From: Eledone cirrhosa
Taxonomy: Eukaryota
Assembly (NCBI GenBank): GCA_964016885.1
Contig: OZ024747.1
Coordinates: 63,674,001 to 63,738,000 of the forward strand
DNA length: 64,000 nucleotides
Reading direction: 5' to 3'
Below the pieces are notes generated by a model. The model was not told where the DNA came from. It saw only the letters and a list, made by a program, of their open reading frames with translations, and did not search any database. The position numbers and the translations under genes are program-made. Shown in pieces: positions 24,217 to 36,879 of the stretch. How positions within the stretch are numbered: the stretch's first letter is position 1; each line of letters starts with the position of its first letter.

Positions 24217-24221
24217 TTATG

Positions 24222-24310
24222 TAATAAACGACATAAGATAGTTATTTCATTTACCAGTGGTTTCTTGAAGACAGATATTTATGTCTGTCTTCATTCAGCA
24301 GAAAAAATAT
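24222..24310 (-). mobile_element. Relative of the 36880 hammerhead element, 5' core decayed
   Basis: Minus strand: tgaagacagacat..atatctgtcttcaa-GAAAC-cactg-GTA-aatgaaataa, next to (TA)n. Confidence 0.55.
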
Positions 24311-24937
24311 TTATTTATATATATATATGAACACTTGCATAAACATAACATAGTGTTTATATTATACTCGTCTAACCCATGTCAGCTTGGAAAGAGGACA
24401 TTAAATGATGATGATTTTATTTCATATTATGCTCAAAATATCCCCTAAATAATAAGATACTCAATTATATTACTAAATTTTCCAAATTCTGGAATATATT
24501 TTGAAAATGATTTGAAAATTATAGACAGTGTTTTCATTGGGAATATGGTAAGAAAAGTGTTAACATGGATATATTTATCTAAAATTCTTTTATCATAATT
24601 TGATGTAGGAACCTTTGTTAAATTATGCTCTAAACACCAGCGTAATAATAAGATAGCTCTATTTCTAGATCCCTCCAAATACTTGAATATTTTCAAAATG
24701 ATTTCAAATTATAGTCATTGTTCTTCATTAGAAATATGGTAATGAAAGGGTTTTAAATATTTAAAAATATGAAAGAAACATAATGTCTAAATTAGATAAA
24801 ATCATCTTTGAAGTATGTTTTATATTTCTATATTTACTTCATTAATATTTGCCTGGGGACTGTCACTAGACTTTGTTGCTTGAGGTGGGGGCAGGAGGGT
24901 TTCAGAACATTCTGGGTGTGCAGTGTAATAACTTTAA

Positions 24938-25151
24938 CTCTTTAACATTACTCCATATTCACTATTATATTTTCCCAGTAAACACCTTATTTCACATAAT
25001 TATCTTACATAATATCGAATCTATCAGATTTTGATATTATTCATTTTGAGAACAATACCTTATCATAAGTATGAGTAGCCAGTTATGGCTGGTTTGAACA
25101 GAGAGGGTGAGAGAATTCTGGCCAGATTTGGCTGGTTTAAATGCTAAAGGG
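24938..25151 (+). mobile_element. piggyBac-type MITE
   Basis: TTAA flanks and aatgctaaaggg right TIR. Body resembles 50338-50556. Confidence 0.75.
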
Positions 25152-25264
25152 TTAAGGAGGAGTTTTGTGATAAGCATATCACTATATTCTTTCTCTAAAT
25201 TTGAAAGGTAGAGGGAATAGTACCATCTTGTAACAAGGCTCACTATTTAGCATTAATAAAATGA

Positions 25265-25305
<41 letters not shown>

Positions 25306-25559
25306 ACCTTTCTGTATTTATCATTGTTGTGGTATATGTATGGCCACTGTCTTTAGTCGATTTTGTTGGTGTCACACTTTTTAAATGTTGTGTTTACTCT
25401 GGGCAGTAATGTATTAACATATCGCTCTATTGAGTGGTTTGTAATTGCTTCAGACAACTCGATTAGTACCTGCTATATGGCAGCTATGACTTTGATTCAT
25501 ACATAATATAATTATTATATACATATATATATATATATATACATATATACATATATACA

Positions 25560-25778
25560 TTCCGTGTAGGCGCCACGGAAAAAGCACCCAGCACTCACTG
25601 TAAATGAGGTTGGTGTTAGGAAGGGCATCCAGCTGTAGAAATCAAGCCAAAATCAGTTCCTGTATGAGCAAAGCATGGTCAGCCGACCAGACACTGCCCA
25701 CAACAGGAAAACCCGTCTAACCCATGCTAGCATGGAAGAACGGACGTAAAACGGTGATGATGATGATGATGATGATGA
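25560..25778 (+). mobile_element. RTE 3' UTR fragment (type B)
   Basis: Matches 2515-2730. Confidence 0.8.
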
Positions 25779-26010
25779 CATACATCCAATGTTAATTCTA
25801 TTTTATTCAAGGTATATACCAATAGTGATCTCTATAATGTCATTTGTTCTAACTACAGATATTACTTTCAACACATATTCTATATTCTTCTCAATTGTTT
25901 AGATTGCATGTGATTTCTGAAATCATATCACATGTTCTTATATATTTGAAAAAACAAACAGAAACTACATATTACTCTGAGTCATAATGCATGTCATTAT
26001 GTGTCTGTGA

Positions 26011-26043
<33 letters not shown>

Positions 26044-26375
26044 GCACATATAATATATATATACATACAGATATATATTATATATATGTGTGTGAGTGTT
26101 AGTGTGTGTGTGTGTATGTATGAATGCATATATATGTATAGATGTTTGACGATATATTTGTGTGTATGCACATACACACACACACACCCAATGATGAGTA
26201 TGCATTGACATTTTTTTTTTCTAATATGAATGCATGTATATGTATGTATGTATGTATGAAGATATATATGTGTACACACACACACAAACACACACAAACA
26301 CAATGATGTGTATGTGCAGACAATTTTTTAATAATTCTTCCGCATCAGCCAGAAACCATTTCTACATGACTGATG

Positions 26376-26421
<46 letters not shown>

Positions 26422-28379
26422 AGATATTTCAGGTAGAGAGCTTGTTATGTTATCCTTAATTATATTGCTCACCTGTCCCTTCAGGTGTTTCATTACAGTT
26501 TCCATGACAATATTCATATATATATATATATATCATTTTCTGTAGAAATTTTACTGGGTTATTGTTTCTAGCTCTCCTAATGTTACAATTTTCAACATTA
26601 CCTTGCTCTCGCCTCAAAACTAACACTCATTGATTTAAAGAAAAAAATGTGGTTTAGAATATATAAAAATTGTTCTAATTGGAACAGAACTATTTGTTGT
26701 TTTTATTATTTTTGTTTTTTGTTTGTATTTGTTTTGTCTTCGGTTGTTTACAGAAATTCTTTTCATAGAATTAATTATTTCCTAGTTTTTCACTTTGTCT
26801 CTCTGTGTACATAAATGTAATTGATGCAGTATTGCCAAATTGGTTTTAAAATGTGCTTCATTATCGTCATAAGGTATTGGGTTCAAATCCACTGTATGGC
26901 ATCTTTTGTGTCATTTACTGTGACCTTAGATTGATTTCTGTTTTGTCTTAAGTCAACATAAGAAAGAAAGAAGTATATATAAAATGTGCCAAGCATATAG
27001 ACAGAATCTGTGGTAGAGGGAGACGATGGTTGAGATGGGACAAAGTTATAAAGAAAATCCTAAAAAAGTTGAACCTTATGAAGATTAAGATACAGCAGAG
27101 TTGTCCTGAATTGCAACATACACTAGTAGAAAAGTCTGGCTTACCACAACTAGCACTGTGAGACTAAATGTTGTGAGTAATTGAAGGCTACATAGAGTTA
27201 AAATTCCATTTAGCCCACCACTGATGTCACAATGGAATGCATTCAGTATCCCTTGCATAATAGTAGGCCCCAAGCAAGATGGTTGAATAACATCCATGAG
27301 CTTGGCTGTTCTTGCTTGGAAATCCAGCTGGATTATTTGGAGACAGTTGCTACTGACAGGACTGGCTGGAAGAAGTGTTTGAGGACTCAGCCCCTATGAC
27401 CCTCTCAGGAATAAGCAAGCGAAGAAAAAGAGAAGATTTCACCAACACGACTAAGGTTATATCGTCAGCAGAACTGAAAAGTTCCTTTTAACTATACATA
27501 ATCTCTCTTTGATCACTGACCAACTTACAGAATATACAAGGTGCATGTTATCAGAGCCCTAATGTTGCTCAGTAAACATTTATATATGCTAAAGCACTTA
27601 TGTAAAAGCAGTAAACCATATCTTAAATAGTCTTCAACAATAAGATCAAAGAAGCAATCTTTGAGTACATATTTCAGGTATTTTCTCTTCTGTATTTGTA
27701 AAGAAGTGATTTTATAAGAAAAAGTCAAATTTATTGTTCTTTGGAACTGAGTGCTCTTTAATTCTGCATGAAACTAAATTAAAACAAATAAAAATTTATA
27801 TATATATATACATATATACACATATATATACATACATGTGTGTGTGCTTTTGTGTGTGTGTTCATATATATATGTGTGTGTGTGTGTGTGCATATATATA
27901 TGTGTGTGTGTGTGTGCATATATGCGTGTGTGCGTGCATATATGTGTGTGTGTGTGATGATGATGGTGATATACCACAAATACATGAGAGGGAGCATTAC
28001 AAATACATCAATCTTAAAAGGTTTCTATTTCAGATCATAGTTTCCAAATTCAATTAAAATTTTAACTACAAAGACAATCACTTATTTTTCCTATTATCTT
28101 TCCACTCAAGTAGAAATAATATTTTTGACTGCTTCACAAACTAAAGACATTTCAAATATAAATATATATATATTCTATCCAGTCTTTATAATGAGGTTTG
28201 TTTTATTGCATTTGATTCACACGATCAGGTATTATTTTTATTGAAATTTTTATTTTTTTCAATAGCTTTCAGCATTAACTGAAATATATTTTGATGGAAA
28301 TTAAGAATCTTAAGATTCTAATAAAATAGAAAAATATATTTAATGTTATTAGGAGACAAAATGGCTATTGTTTTAAAAT

Positions 28380-28762
28380 GTATATATTTATCTTAAAACA
28401 TTCCACGATAATATTATCTAAGAAGCTTTGTTAAGTTATGCCTCAAACACCAAATATATAATGAGAAAGATATTTAATTTACTAAATCCTTCACTATTTT
28501 CAAAAATATTTAAAAATCACAGAGGACAGTGCCTTTTATTAAAAATACTGTAATAAAAGTGATAAATTGTACATATCTATATAAAAATCTTCCATCATAA
28601 TTTTATATAAGAACCAAGTTATGCTCCTAAAATCAACTCCATAATCTGAAAATTAGCTATATTACTAATCCATAATTATTTTCAAAATCCATAATTATTT
28701 TCAAAATTTTCTGAAAACCGTAATCAGCATCTTTCAAAGAAATATGGTAACAAAAGGGTTAA
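28380..28762 (+). mobile_element. Second piggyBac-like MITE family (two partial copies)
   Basis: aaaatcttccatcataattttatataagaac...aaatatggtaacaaaagggTTAA. Related fragments near 22080, 22810, 24530, 38110, 38800, 39300, 54900, 55090 and 62290. Confidence 0.6.
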
Positions 28763-29001
28763 AGTACTTGGTTACTGACTACTGGCTACCATATAAGTTA
28801 AATCTGCTACCTACATATTTTGTTGTTAATGTTGTTTAGTCTCAGTTTACTCTGGTTGAGTGACTCTATAATGAATGTCCTTCCAGTCCTGACCATCCCA
28901 TCATCATCTTAATTGTCATCATCGTCATTTTATTTGTCTCCTTTCCATGCTAGCATTGGTTTGACAGGTTGTCACAGTCTGAGATAAGAAGGGCCAGAGT
29001 A

Positions 29002-30716
29002 CAGGGTTGTATTTAGACCTTGTAGGGCCCGGGGCACTTCAGGCCTGGTGGTGATGGTGGTGGTGGCAGGGTGAGGGGCTCATACACAAAAAAATTAGAA
29101 TATACAGCAAACCCTCAAATTTTACATATCAAAATTAACTTGGTGCAAGTAATTGGAATTGAAAAGTTGTACCTACAAGTTTTAAATTCAAAAATCCTAA
29201 CCATCCTAGAACTAAAAGTTCCTAGCTGAGGTTCTTAGTCTTAGTTCCTCCAGTCCCTGGTGGAACATTGGGCGACAAGCTTCCTCCACTTGATCCTGTC
29301 ACTGGCGGCCCTTCTAGCACCTCTCCAGGTAATTCCCATCTCCCGCAGGTCCTCCCTGAATGTGCTCCGCCATATTTTTCGTGGTCTTCCCCATTCTCTC
29401 ATGCCACCTTCTGGTACCCAATCCATGGAAATATGAGCAGGTTGATCTGCTGGCAAATGAAGGATGTAGCCCGCGAACCGCCATCTCCTTTTCCGGACAA
29501 TGTCCCTTAACCTCATTGCTAACTTGGTCTCTCCATGAAATTTTCAATATGGTCCGAATGCAACGATGGTGGAATACATCAAGCTTGTTACATACACTTT
29601 CCGTACTCTTCCATGTCTCACAGGCATATATTGCTGTTGGTACTACAATGGACATGTAAACACGGAATTTGACGGCGTTGCCGATGGAACACCTGGCCCA
29701 TACTGGACAGAGTTGCTGGAAGACCGCCTCTGCTTTTCCCAGCCTTGTGCACACATCCACCTCAGCATCCCCATCGTCAGAGATGTTGCTGCCAAGGTAT
29801 TGGAAGTGGTTTACACTTTCAATGTTACGCTGACCAACCATGATAGGAGGATTTGGAGGGTCACCTGTCGACATGGTCTTGGTTTTTTCACAACTAATGC
29901 GCAGGCCAACTTTCTCTGCATTGTCATTTAGAACGTTTGTCATCTCTTGCAAGTTTTCTCAGGAATGGCCTATCACTGCGATGTCATCGTCAAAGTCCAG
30001 GTCGCTTAATATCCTTCCATCCCAACTGATGCCAAAATGAGGGTCACTCATTGTCTTTTTCATGATGAAATCGATGACAATGCGGAAAAGGAAAGGCAAA
30101 AGGATGCAGCCTTGTCGAACACCCGTCAAGATGTCAAACATTTCCGTGTTTCCAGCAAGGATGTAATAGAGGAGCAGCTCACCCATTTATGCAATGTGAT
30201 TTGGCAAGAAGAGGATGTGCCGGAGGACTGGGGAAATGGAGTAATTGTACCACTACCGAAGAAGGGCTGTCTCAGCGACTGTAACAACTGGAGAGGGATC
30301 ACGTTGCTATCAGTGCCAGGGAAGGTACTCTGCACAGTCATCCTGAACCGGCTGAGAGCAGAAGTAGATCGTCATCTTCGAGACGAACAGGCTGGCTTCC
30401 GCAGTGGAAGGTCTTGTTCAGAGCAGATCTTCACTCTCCGAAATATCATTGAACAATGTCGGGAGTTCCACAAGTCCCTTGTTGTCAAACTACATTGACT
30501 TCAGGAAAGCTTTCGACAGTGTTCATCGGGAGTCATTGTGGAAGATTGTAAGACTCTACGGTGTCCCGGAGAAATATATTAACATCTTCAGGTCGCTGTA
30601 CCGACATTCCAGGTGCTGCGTTAGGACAAGCTGAGGGTACAAATAAATTATTACGAGCATCACTGGTGGTGCCTCCCATGCAGGCGCCCCCCCCCTCCCC
30701 ATTAAATCTGGACCTG
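29002..30716 (+). mobile_element. hAT MITE split by a LINE insertion (halves at 29002-29231 and 30629-30716)
   Basis: Left TIR cagggttgtattta and right TIR taaatctggacctg. The halves are collinear with 1636-1932. Confidence 0.8.
29232..30628 (-). mobile_element. RTE (BovB-like) LINE with 5' inversion
   Basis: Minus piece GVRQGCIL...DLDFDDDI...FQYLGS...YACETW...GRPRKIW. Plus piece PEDWG...LPKKG...NWRGITLLS...DFRKAFDSV. TSD agctgagg and an ACTAAG-repeat tail. Confidence 0.92.
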
Positions 30717-31068
30717 CCAGAATGACCAAACTTGCATGTTATGTTCCCTATTTGGTATGGCTTCTATGGATTGATACTCTTCTTAACACCAACCACCTGA
30801 CAGATGCTAACTGTTTTCTTTATGACACCAACATGGGTGCAACGTTTGTGACACCAGCCATACTACTTTACAGTGTTAACTGGGTGCATTTTATTGTGGT
30901 ACCATCACATTTAAATATATGTATGACTAGGAGAAAGTTGTAGTTTGCTTGAAGCATTGTGTATGGTATAGAAAATGATGTGATGTTTGAAGGCTTCAGC
31001 AATGCAAAATGGATGAATAAGACATGACTTAGTATGTTTACCAATTTCAGACCCATTCCTTGTTATAG

Positions 31069-31104
31069 CCCTCTGAAGAAGAGATTTTATCTCAAAATAT
31101 AAGG
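31069..31104 (+). ncRNA. Decayed hammerhead motif
   Basis: cct-CTGAAGA-agagat ttt atctc-aAAA-tata-agg. Confidence 0.45.
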
Positions 31105-32379
31105 ACAGATAAATAAATAAAGTAACATAATATCTAGTTTCATCTTATTTTCTTTTTTGTCCTTTTCACATCATCATAGCCTTCAAACATCTTATTATTT
31201 TATATCTATGATTCTTCTATTGGAGTAGTCCTTTATCATCATCATCACATCTTTAATATCCAGGTTTCCTCATTGGCATGGGCTGGATGTGACATTTTGA
31301 GTTATTTTTTTTTTTTTACTGTCATATTAGATGGTCTTCTTGATACCAGCCCATAGTGTATTTCTAAACATGGCGTCTACCAATGATTTAGTTTAAACAG
31401 TAAATTGCAGGATGGATTGTTTGTGGTACATTAACAATCATCACTGTTTGCTTTGAATTGTTTAACAAGGAGAAACACAAACACACACAGTTAGGCAACA
31501 TTGAAATATATGGCTGTATTGGTATAAATATGAGCTTTTTATTATAAACTATATATTCCCTTCCAAGCTTTGGCAGGGAAAACGGATGTTTAATAATAGT
31601 GAAGATGAAAACTTTTTCATGCATTTGTAAACGAAAACATGTTATAGATGTGTGTGTTTGCGTGTGTGTGTACACAAACACACTGAAAGAGGCGCCATCA
31701 CTGAAACTTCAAAGGCACCACTGTCAGGTTTTTTCTTTAGAAAGTAAAACTTCTACTCTGCTCATATGTATTTGCATACAGACAGACAGACTGACGGTTA
31801 TTAAACTGTACACTAAGCAACTGATATCTAGTATGAATCCATATCTGTACAGAAATCACGCAAACTTTAATTGTAATTACATAAATGTGTATGTACACAA
31901 ACACAATGTCGTATGTAAACTTGGATTTTGCAGTATATTTTTTTAATGTATTTCAATCCTTCATTGTGTCTTTGTGGTCTCAAATTCTCAGATCTCCAGA
32001 GATTTCTTTGGTTTGCTTTCAACATGGAAAACCTTCAACTTCAACACACAATATTTTTTCAACCATATAAATCCTCTACTTGTATTGCTAGTTCCAAACA
32101 AGTCAGTAATCTCTCATCAGACCCCACCACACACCACTCTAAAGATGGGCGCCATTAACTCAGATGTACATCTACTACTTTCTCAACTTACCTGTTCTAA
32201 GCCTTTCTTATATAAATTGATATCACATATCCATTAGTTTATAGTTACATATATAGAATAATATGATCCTAATATATATACTTCACAATACAACATTCTG
32301 GTTCCCTCAAAATCAGTATCTCCTGGTGTTATATCATTAAGTGCCACACACACATGTATGTATTTAAATCAATAAATAA

Positions 32380-32608
32380 ATATATATATATATATATGTG
32401 TATATATGTGTATATATATATGTATATATATATGTATATATATATATATGTATATATATATATGTATATATATATGTATATATATATGTGTATATATATA
32501 TATGTATATATATATGTATATATATAAATATATATATGTATATATATGTATATATATATGTATATATATATATGTATATGTATATATATATATATGTATA
32601 TATATATG

Positions 32609-32643
<35 letters not shown>

Positions 32644-32696
32644 GTATATATATATATGTATATATATATATATGTATATATGTATATATATATATG

Positions 32697-32749
<53 letters not shown>

Positions 32750-32850
32750 GTATATGTATATATATAAATATATATATGTATATATATAAATATATATATG
32801 TATATATATATATAAATACATATATATGTATATACATATATATATATATA

Positions 32851-32904
<54 letters not shown>

Positions 32905-32905
32905 T

Positions 32906-32948
<43 letters not shown>

Positions 32949-32960
32949 TGTATATAGATA
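32380..32960. repeat. Long compound (TA)n/(TATG) microsatellite
   Basis: Directly visible; source of many spurious YI-repeat ORFs. Confidence 0.97.
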
Positions 32961-33236
32961 AAGATATAGATGGAAAAACAGGCGGAAAAAGAATTATGAA
33001 CAATGATAGATATGTGCATGTGTGTATATATATATTCATATATATGATGGAGATAAGAATTATATAAAATACAGATAATGCACTTAATAAAGTAAACCTA
33101 CATATAATATTTCTCAGCTATTGCTTGTTAAAATGGAAAATCCATCAAAATCATGAAATTATGCTCTCACTCTGCTATATCATAAAACAGAATTAGTTTA
33201 TCTTAAATATTATTTGCTCAAATAATATATATATAT

Positions 33237-33464
33237 AGGAAAAAAGTAATACCCCGACGGCAGAGCTTAAGCCGTTTCAACATGTGGGAACTAGAAACTC
33301 TGATTTAACCTTTTAAATACCAAAGCCACATGAAATAGCCTTCGAAACGGCTTGAGCTCTGCCGTCGGGGTCATACTTTTTCCTATTTCCCACTCTACTA
33401 CCCTAAGTATTGAGTACTGTGGTGCGTTATGGTCCATCTGTTTCCTTACCACAATTCCTTTGTT
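33237..33464. mobile_element. Hairpin element family A with a 56-bp captured insert
   Basis: Same arms and tail as 17934. The centre is replaced by sequence matching 38014-38069. Confidence 0.85.
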
Positions 33465-33625
33465 ATATATATATTTATATATATATAGTAATAATAATAA
33501 ATTTGAAGACTAAAATCCAAAGAGGGCTCGATAAGGATAAATATATATCAAATATATAAGAACCGTAGAGCAAATATTTATTTTAATATTATTTTATATT
33601 ATTTTAATATATATATATATATATA

Positions 33626-36600
33626 TATTTCTTTAGGTTTGTTTGTTCACCACTGGATAGAACTGGTCATTCCGTATGGTCAATCCTGGTTTAATATTGT
33701 GAAGAGTACTCAACGCAGTGCAGTTCACCCATCTTCATTTGTGTAGTTGGTGGTGCGAATACGGAGTTGTTAATTATAAATAAAATAAAATAACAGGAGG
33801 CTGGACTGGTGTAAATCCTTGAAATGTTTATTATACTATGATCATTTCAATGACCGGGTTCCATATGAATCCGGTGATATCATCAGGTATTGGAATATAA
33901 CAAAGGAATATGTAAAAAACCATGGGTCCGAAAAATCAGAGACAGAGACAAAGAAGACGACTGACCAACTAGCTTCTCGGCCAGTCGCCCTCAAAGAGTT
34001 GGCAACTGAATCTACTAATGAATATCTGGTGAGGGGGCAAAGGCTTATAATGCACTACCACCACTCCGTCAAAGAAAAAGGGGAAGAAAGAAAAGGAGAA
34101 AGAAGTCAGTGTAAGGGTCATACCACATTCATGCTAGAAAATGCCGCGAAAAAAATGCTACTTCAAAGAATCTATAATGGGTGTCTGAATGATCTAATGT
34201 GTGAACCGAAGATTGGAACGTTAAACTTATGTTGCAAGTTATAGGATGAAATTAAATTAAATTGCAAAATGATAAATTGAAAAATAGGTTATTAGAGAAT
34301 TAAAGATTAAGGTAGCGAGATTTATTTATTTAATGAACTTACGGAGAGAGTCTTATACGAAAATTTTTTTATCTCGATAACATATTAGGATGGGATATAG
34401 AGTAAAGATTTCGATTGGGAGTCCCAGCCAGCACCCCCCCCGCCCCCACCATGAGTCAACCAGCCTCGAGTGGTATCGTCCAGCGAAAGAAATGGAAATT
34501 AATTTTTCCGAGTACTCCAGGGATGTAGCTACCTCAGGCCCCGGGAGTGCTAGCGGGAACTCCACAATTTCTACAGGCCATCGTCTATACCAAGCGAATA
34601 CTATTAAATCACACATGAGGGGTTTATTTACGTGCCAGTAGAGGCATGATACAGCTAATAGTTATGCCTAAACCTGGAGTTTATAGGTACAAGTATAATG
34701 CGGTGACCAAAACAGGCGGCACGGTGGGACCGGGGCAAAGCAAGCCGCTCCGAGTAATTTCGTTTACCGAAAGAGGAGAAATTTATTTTCCCGAGCACTC
34801 AAGGAAGGCTGAACTTTCCGAGTGCCCAGCGCGCAGCCGGGAAAAGCCACCACACAAGTCGAAGGTAGCAACCCAATGAAAAGTGCAAATAGACCAAAAT
34901 TATTTTAAAGTCCCAGTTAGTCCGGGTTATAAGTAGTGTGGTTCTTAGTTGGGTAGGGGGCTATGAAAGGTGCATAGTGATCTGAGTAAGGAAACTTACA
35001 AAAAAAAAAATAAAAGCAGCATACAAAGATAAAATACCAATATAAAGATAGAATACATTGATAAAAATACATTAATAAAATTATAAAAAAATAATAAAAT
35101 AATAAAAAAATATATATTAATGGAATAATAAAAAAATTAAAAAAAAAATTAATAAAGGTAAATAACAATCAATATAGATCAAGTTGTAGTAAGATAATAC
35201 AAGTTGTACATATAGATATAGATATAGAGGATTGAGGAGATGGAATGGTAACAGGTTGTACCTAGTGTAAAGTTCGGGTCTCCGAATTCAGTGCGAGTCA
35301 CAAAAAGTCCTGAGGTATAGAGTAGAGAATTCAGTCAATACAATACATGTTTTGGTATAATACGTAGAGTTTTGTCGGTATCGGAATCATCCCAACAAGG
35401 AAGTAGTAACAGGTGGCAAAAGATAAGGCGCAGAGCAGCCAAAATCCGAAGAAGTAGATCAGTTAATCCCATGCTGGCAATAGCTGTACACTGAAGTCAG
35501 TGCCGCTGTTCAATATTACATTTTGAAGTGCTCAACATTATAGGAGCATTATTTCTTTAGGTTTGTTGGTTCACCACTGGATAGAACTGGTCATTCCGTA
35601 TGGTCAATCCTGGTGTAATTTTGTGAAGAGTACTCAACACAGTGCAGTTCACCCATCTTCGTTTGTGTAGTTGGTGGTGCGAATACAGAGTTAATTATAA
35701 ATAAAATAAAATGTGTGGTGGCTTTTCTTAGCTGCACACTGGGCACTCAGAAAGTTCAGCCTTCCTTGAGTGCTTGGAAAAATAAATTTCTCCTCTTTCG
35801 GTAAACGAAATTACTCGGAGCAGCTTGCTTTTCCCCAGTCCCACCGTGCTGCCTATTTTGGTCACCGCATTATACTTGTACCTATAAACTCCAGGTTTGG
35901 GCATAACTATTAGCTGTATCATGCCTCTACTGGCACGTAAATAAACACCTCATGTGTGATTTAATAGTATTCTTTTGGTATAGACGATGGCCTGTAGAAA
36001 TTGTGGAGTTCCCGCTAGCGCTCCTAGGGCCTGAGGTAGCTACATTCCTGGAGTACTCGGAAAAATTAATCTCCATTTTTTTCGTTGGATGATACCACTC
36101 GAGACTGGCTGACTCATGGTGGGGGGGTGGGGGTGCTGGCTGGGACTCCCAATCGAAATCTTTACTCTATATCCCATCCTAATATGTTATCGAGATAAAA
36201 TAATTTTCGTATAAGACCCGTCCCACCCTTGCAAGCAGGGAAAAGCGGACGTAAAATGATGATGATGATAATGATGATGACTCCCTCCGTAAGTTCATTA
36301 AATAAATAAATCTCGCTACCTTAATCTTTAATTCTCTAATAACCTATTTTTCAATTTATCATTTTGCAATTTAATATTTTTAAGTTAATTTAATTTCATC
36401 CTATAACTCGCAACATAAGTTTAACGTTCCAATCTTCAGTTCACACATTAGATCATTCAGACACCCATTATAGATTCTTTGAAGTAGCATTTTTTTCACG
36501 GCATTTTCTAGCATGAATGTGGTATGACCCTTACACTGACTTCTTTCTCTCTTTCTTTCTTCCCCTTTTTCTTTGACGGAGTGGTGGTAGTGCATTATAA

Positions 36601-36870
36601 GCCTTCACCCTCTCACCAGATATTCATTAGTAGATTCAGTTGCCACCACTTTGAGGGCGACTGGCCGAGAAGCTAGTTGGTCAGTCGTCCTCTTTGTCTC
36701 TGTCTCTGATTTTTCGGACCCATGGTTTTTTACATATTCCTTTGTTATATTCCAATACCTGATGATATCACCGGATTCATATGGAACCCGGTCATTGAAA
36801 TGATCATAGTATAATAAACCTTTCAAGGATTTACACCAGTCCAGCCTCCCGTTTTTTTATTTTATTTATA
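33626..36870. mobile_element. Unclassified rearranged element A-B-C-A'-inverted B'
   Basis: Direct repeat 33626-33790 vs 35550-35712 and inverted repeat ~33778-34856 vs 35712-36870. Flanked by (TA)n. Diverged partial copy at 51470-52000. Confidence 0.85.
36211..36280 (+). mobile_element. Ultra-short 5'-truncated RTE insertion
   Basis: Matches the RTE 3' end at 59009-59075 and is absent from the homologous arm at ~34350. Confidence 0.88.
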
Positions 36871-36879
36871 TATATATAT

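Noticed and set aside
27430-27470. CTGACGA...GAAA on the minus strand
   Set aside because: Stems I-III cannot be formed convincingly; possibly chance or too decayed.
32329-33067. Long YI/YT/CV-repeat ORFs here and at 7, 6491, 18099, 19027, 27734, 51136 and 62973
   Set aside because: They are translations of (TA)n/(CA)n microsatellites that lack stop codons, with no coding signature.
33819-34879. 141-aa and 77-aa ORFs with mirrored copies at 35728-36826
   Set aside because: They are part of an inverted repeat, frameshifted or truncated in the other arm, with no recognisable domain.
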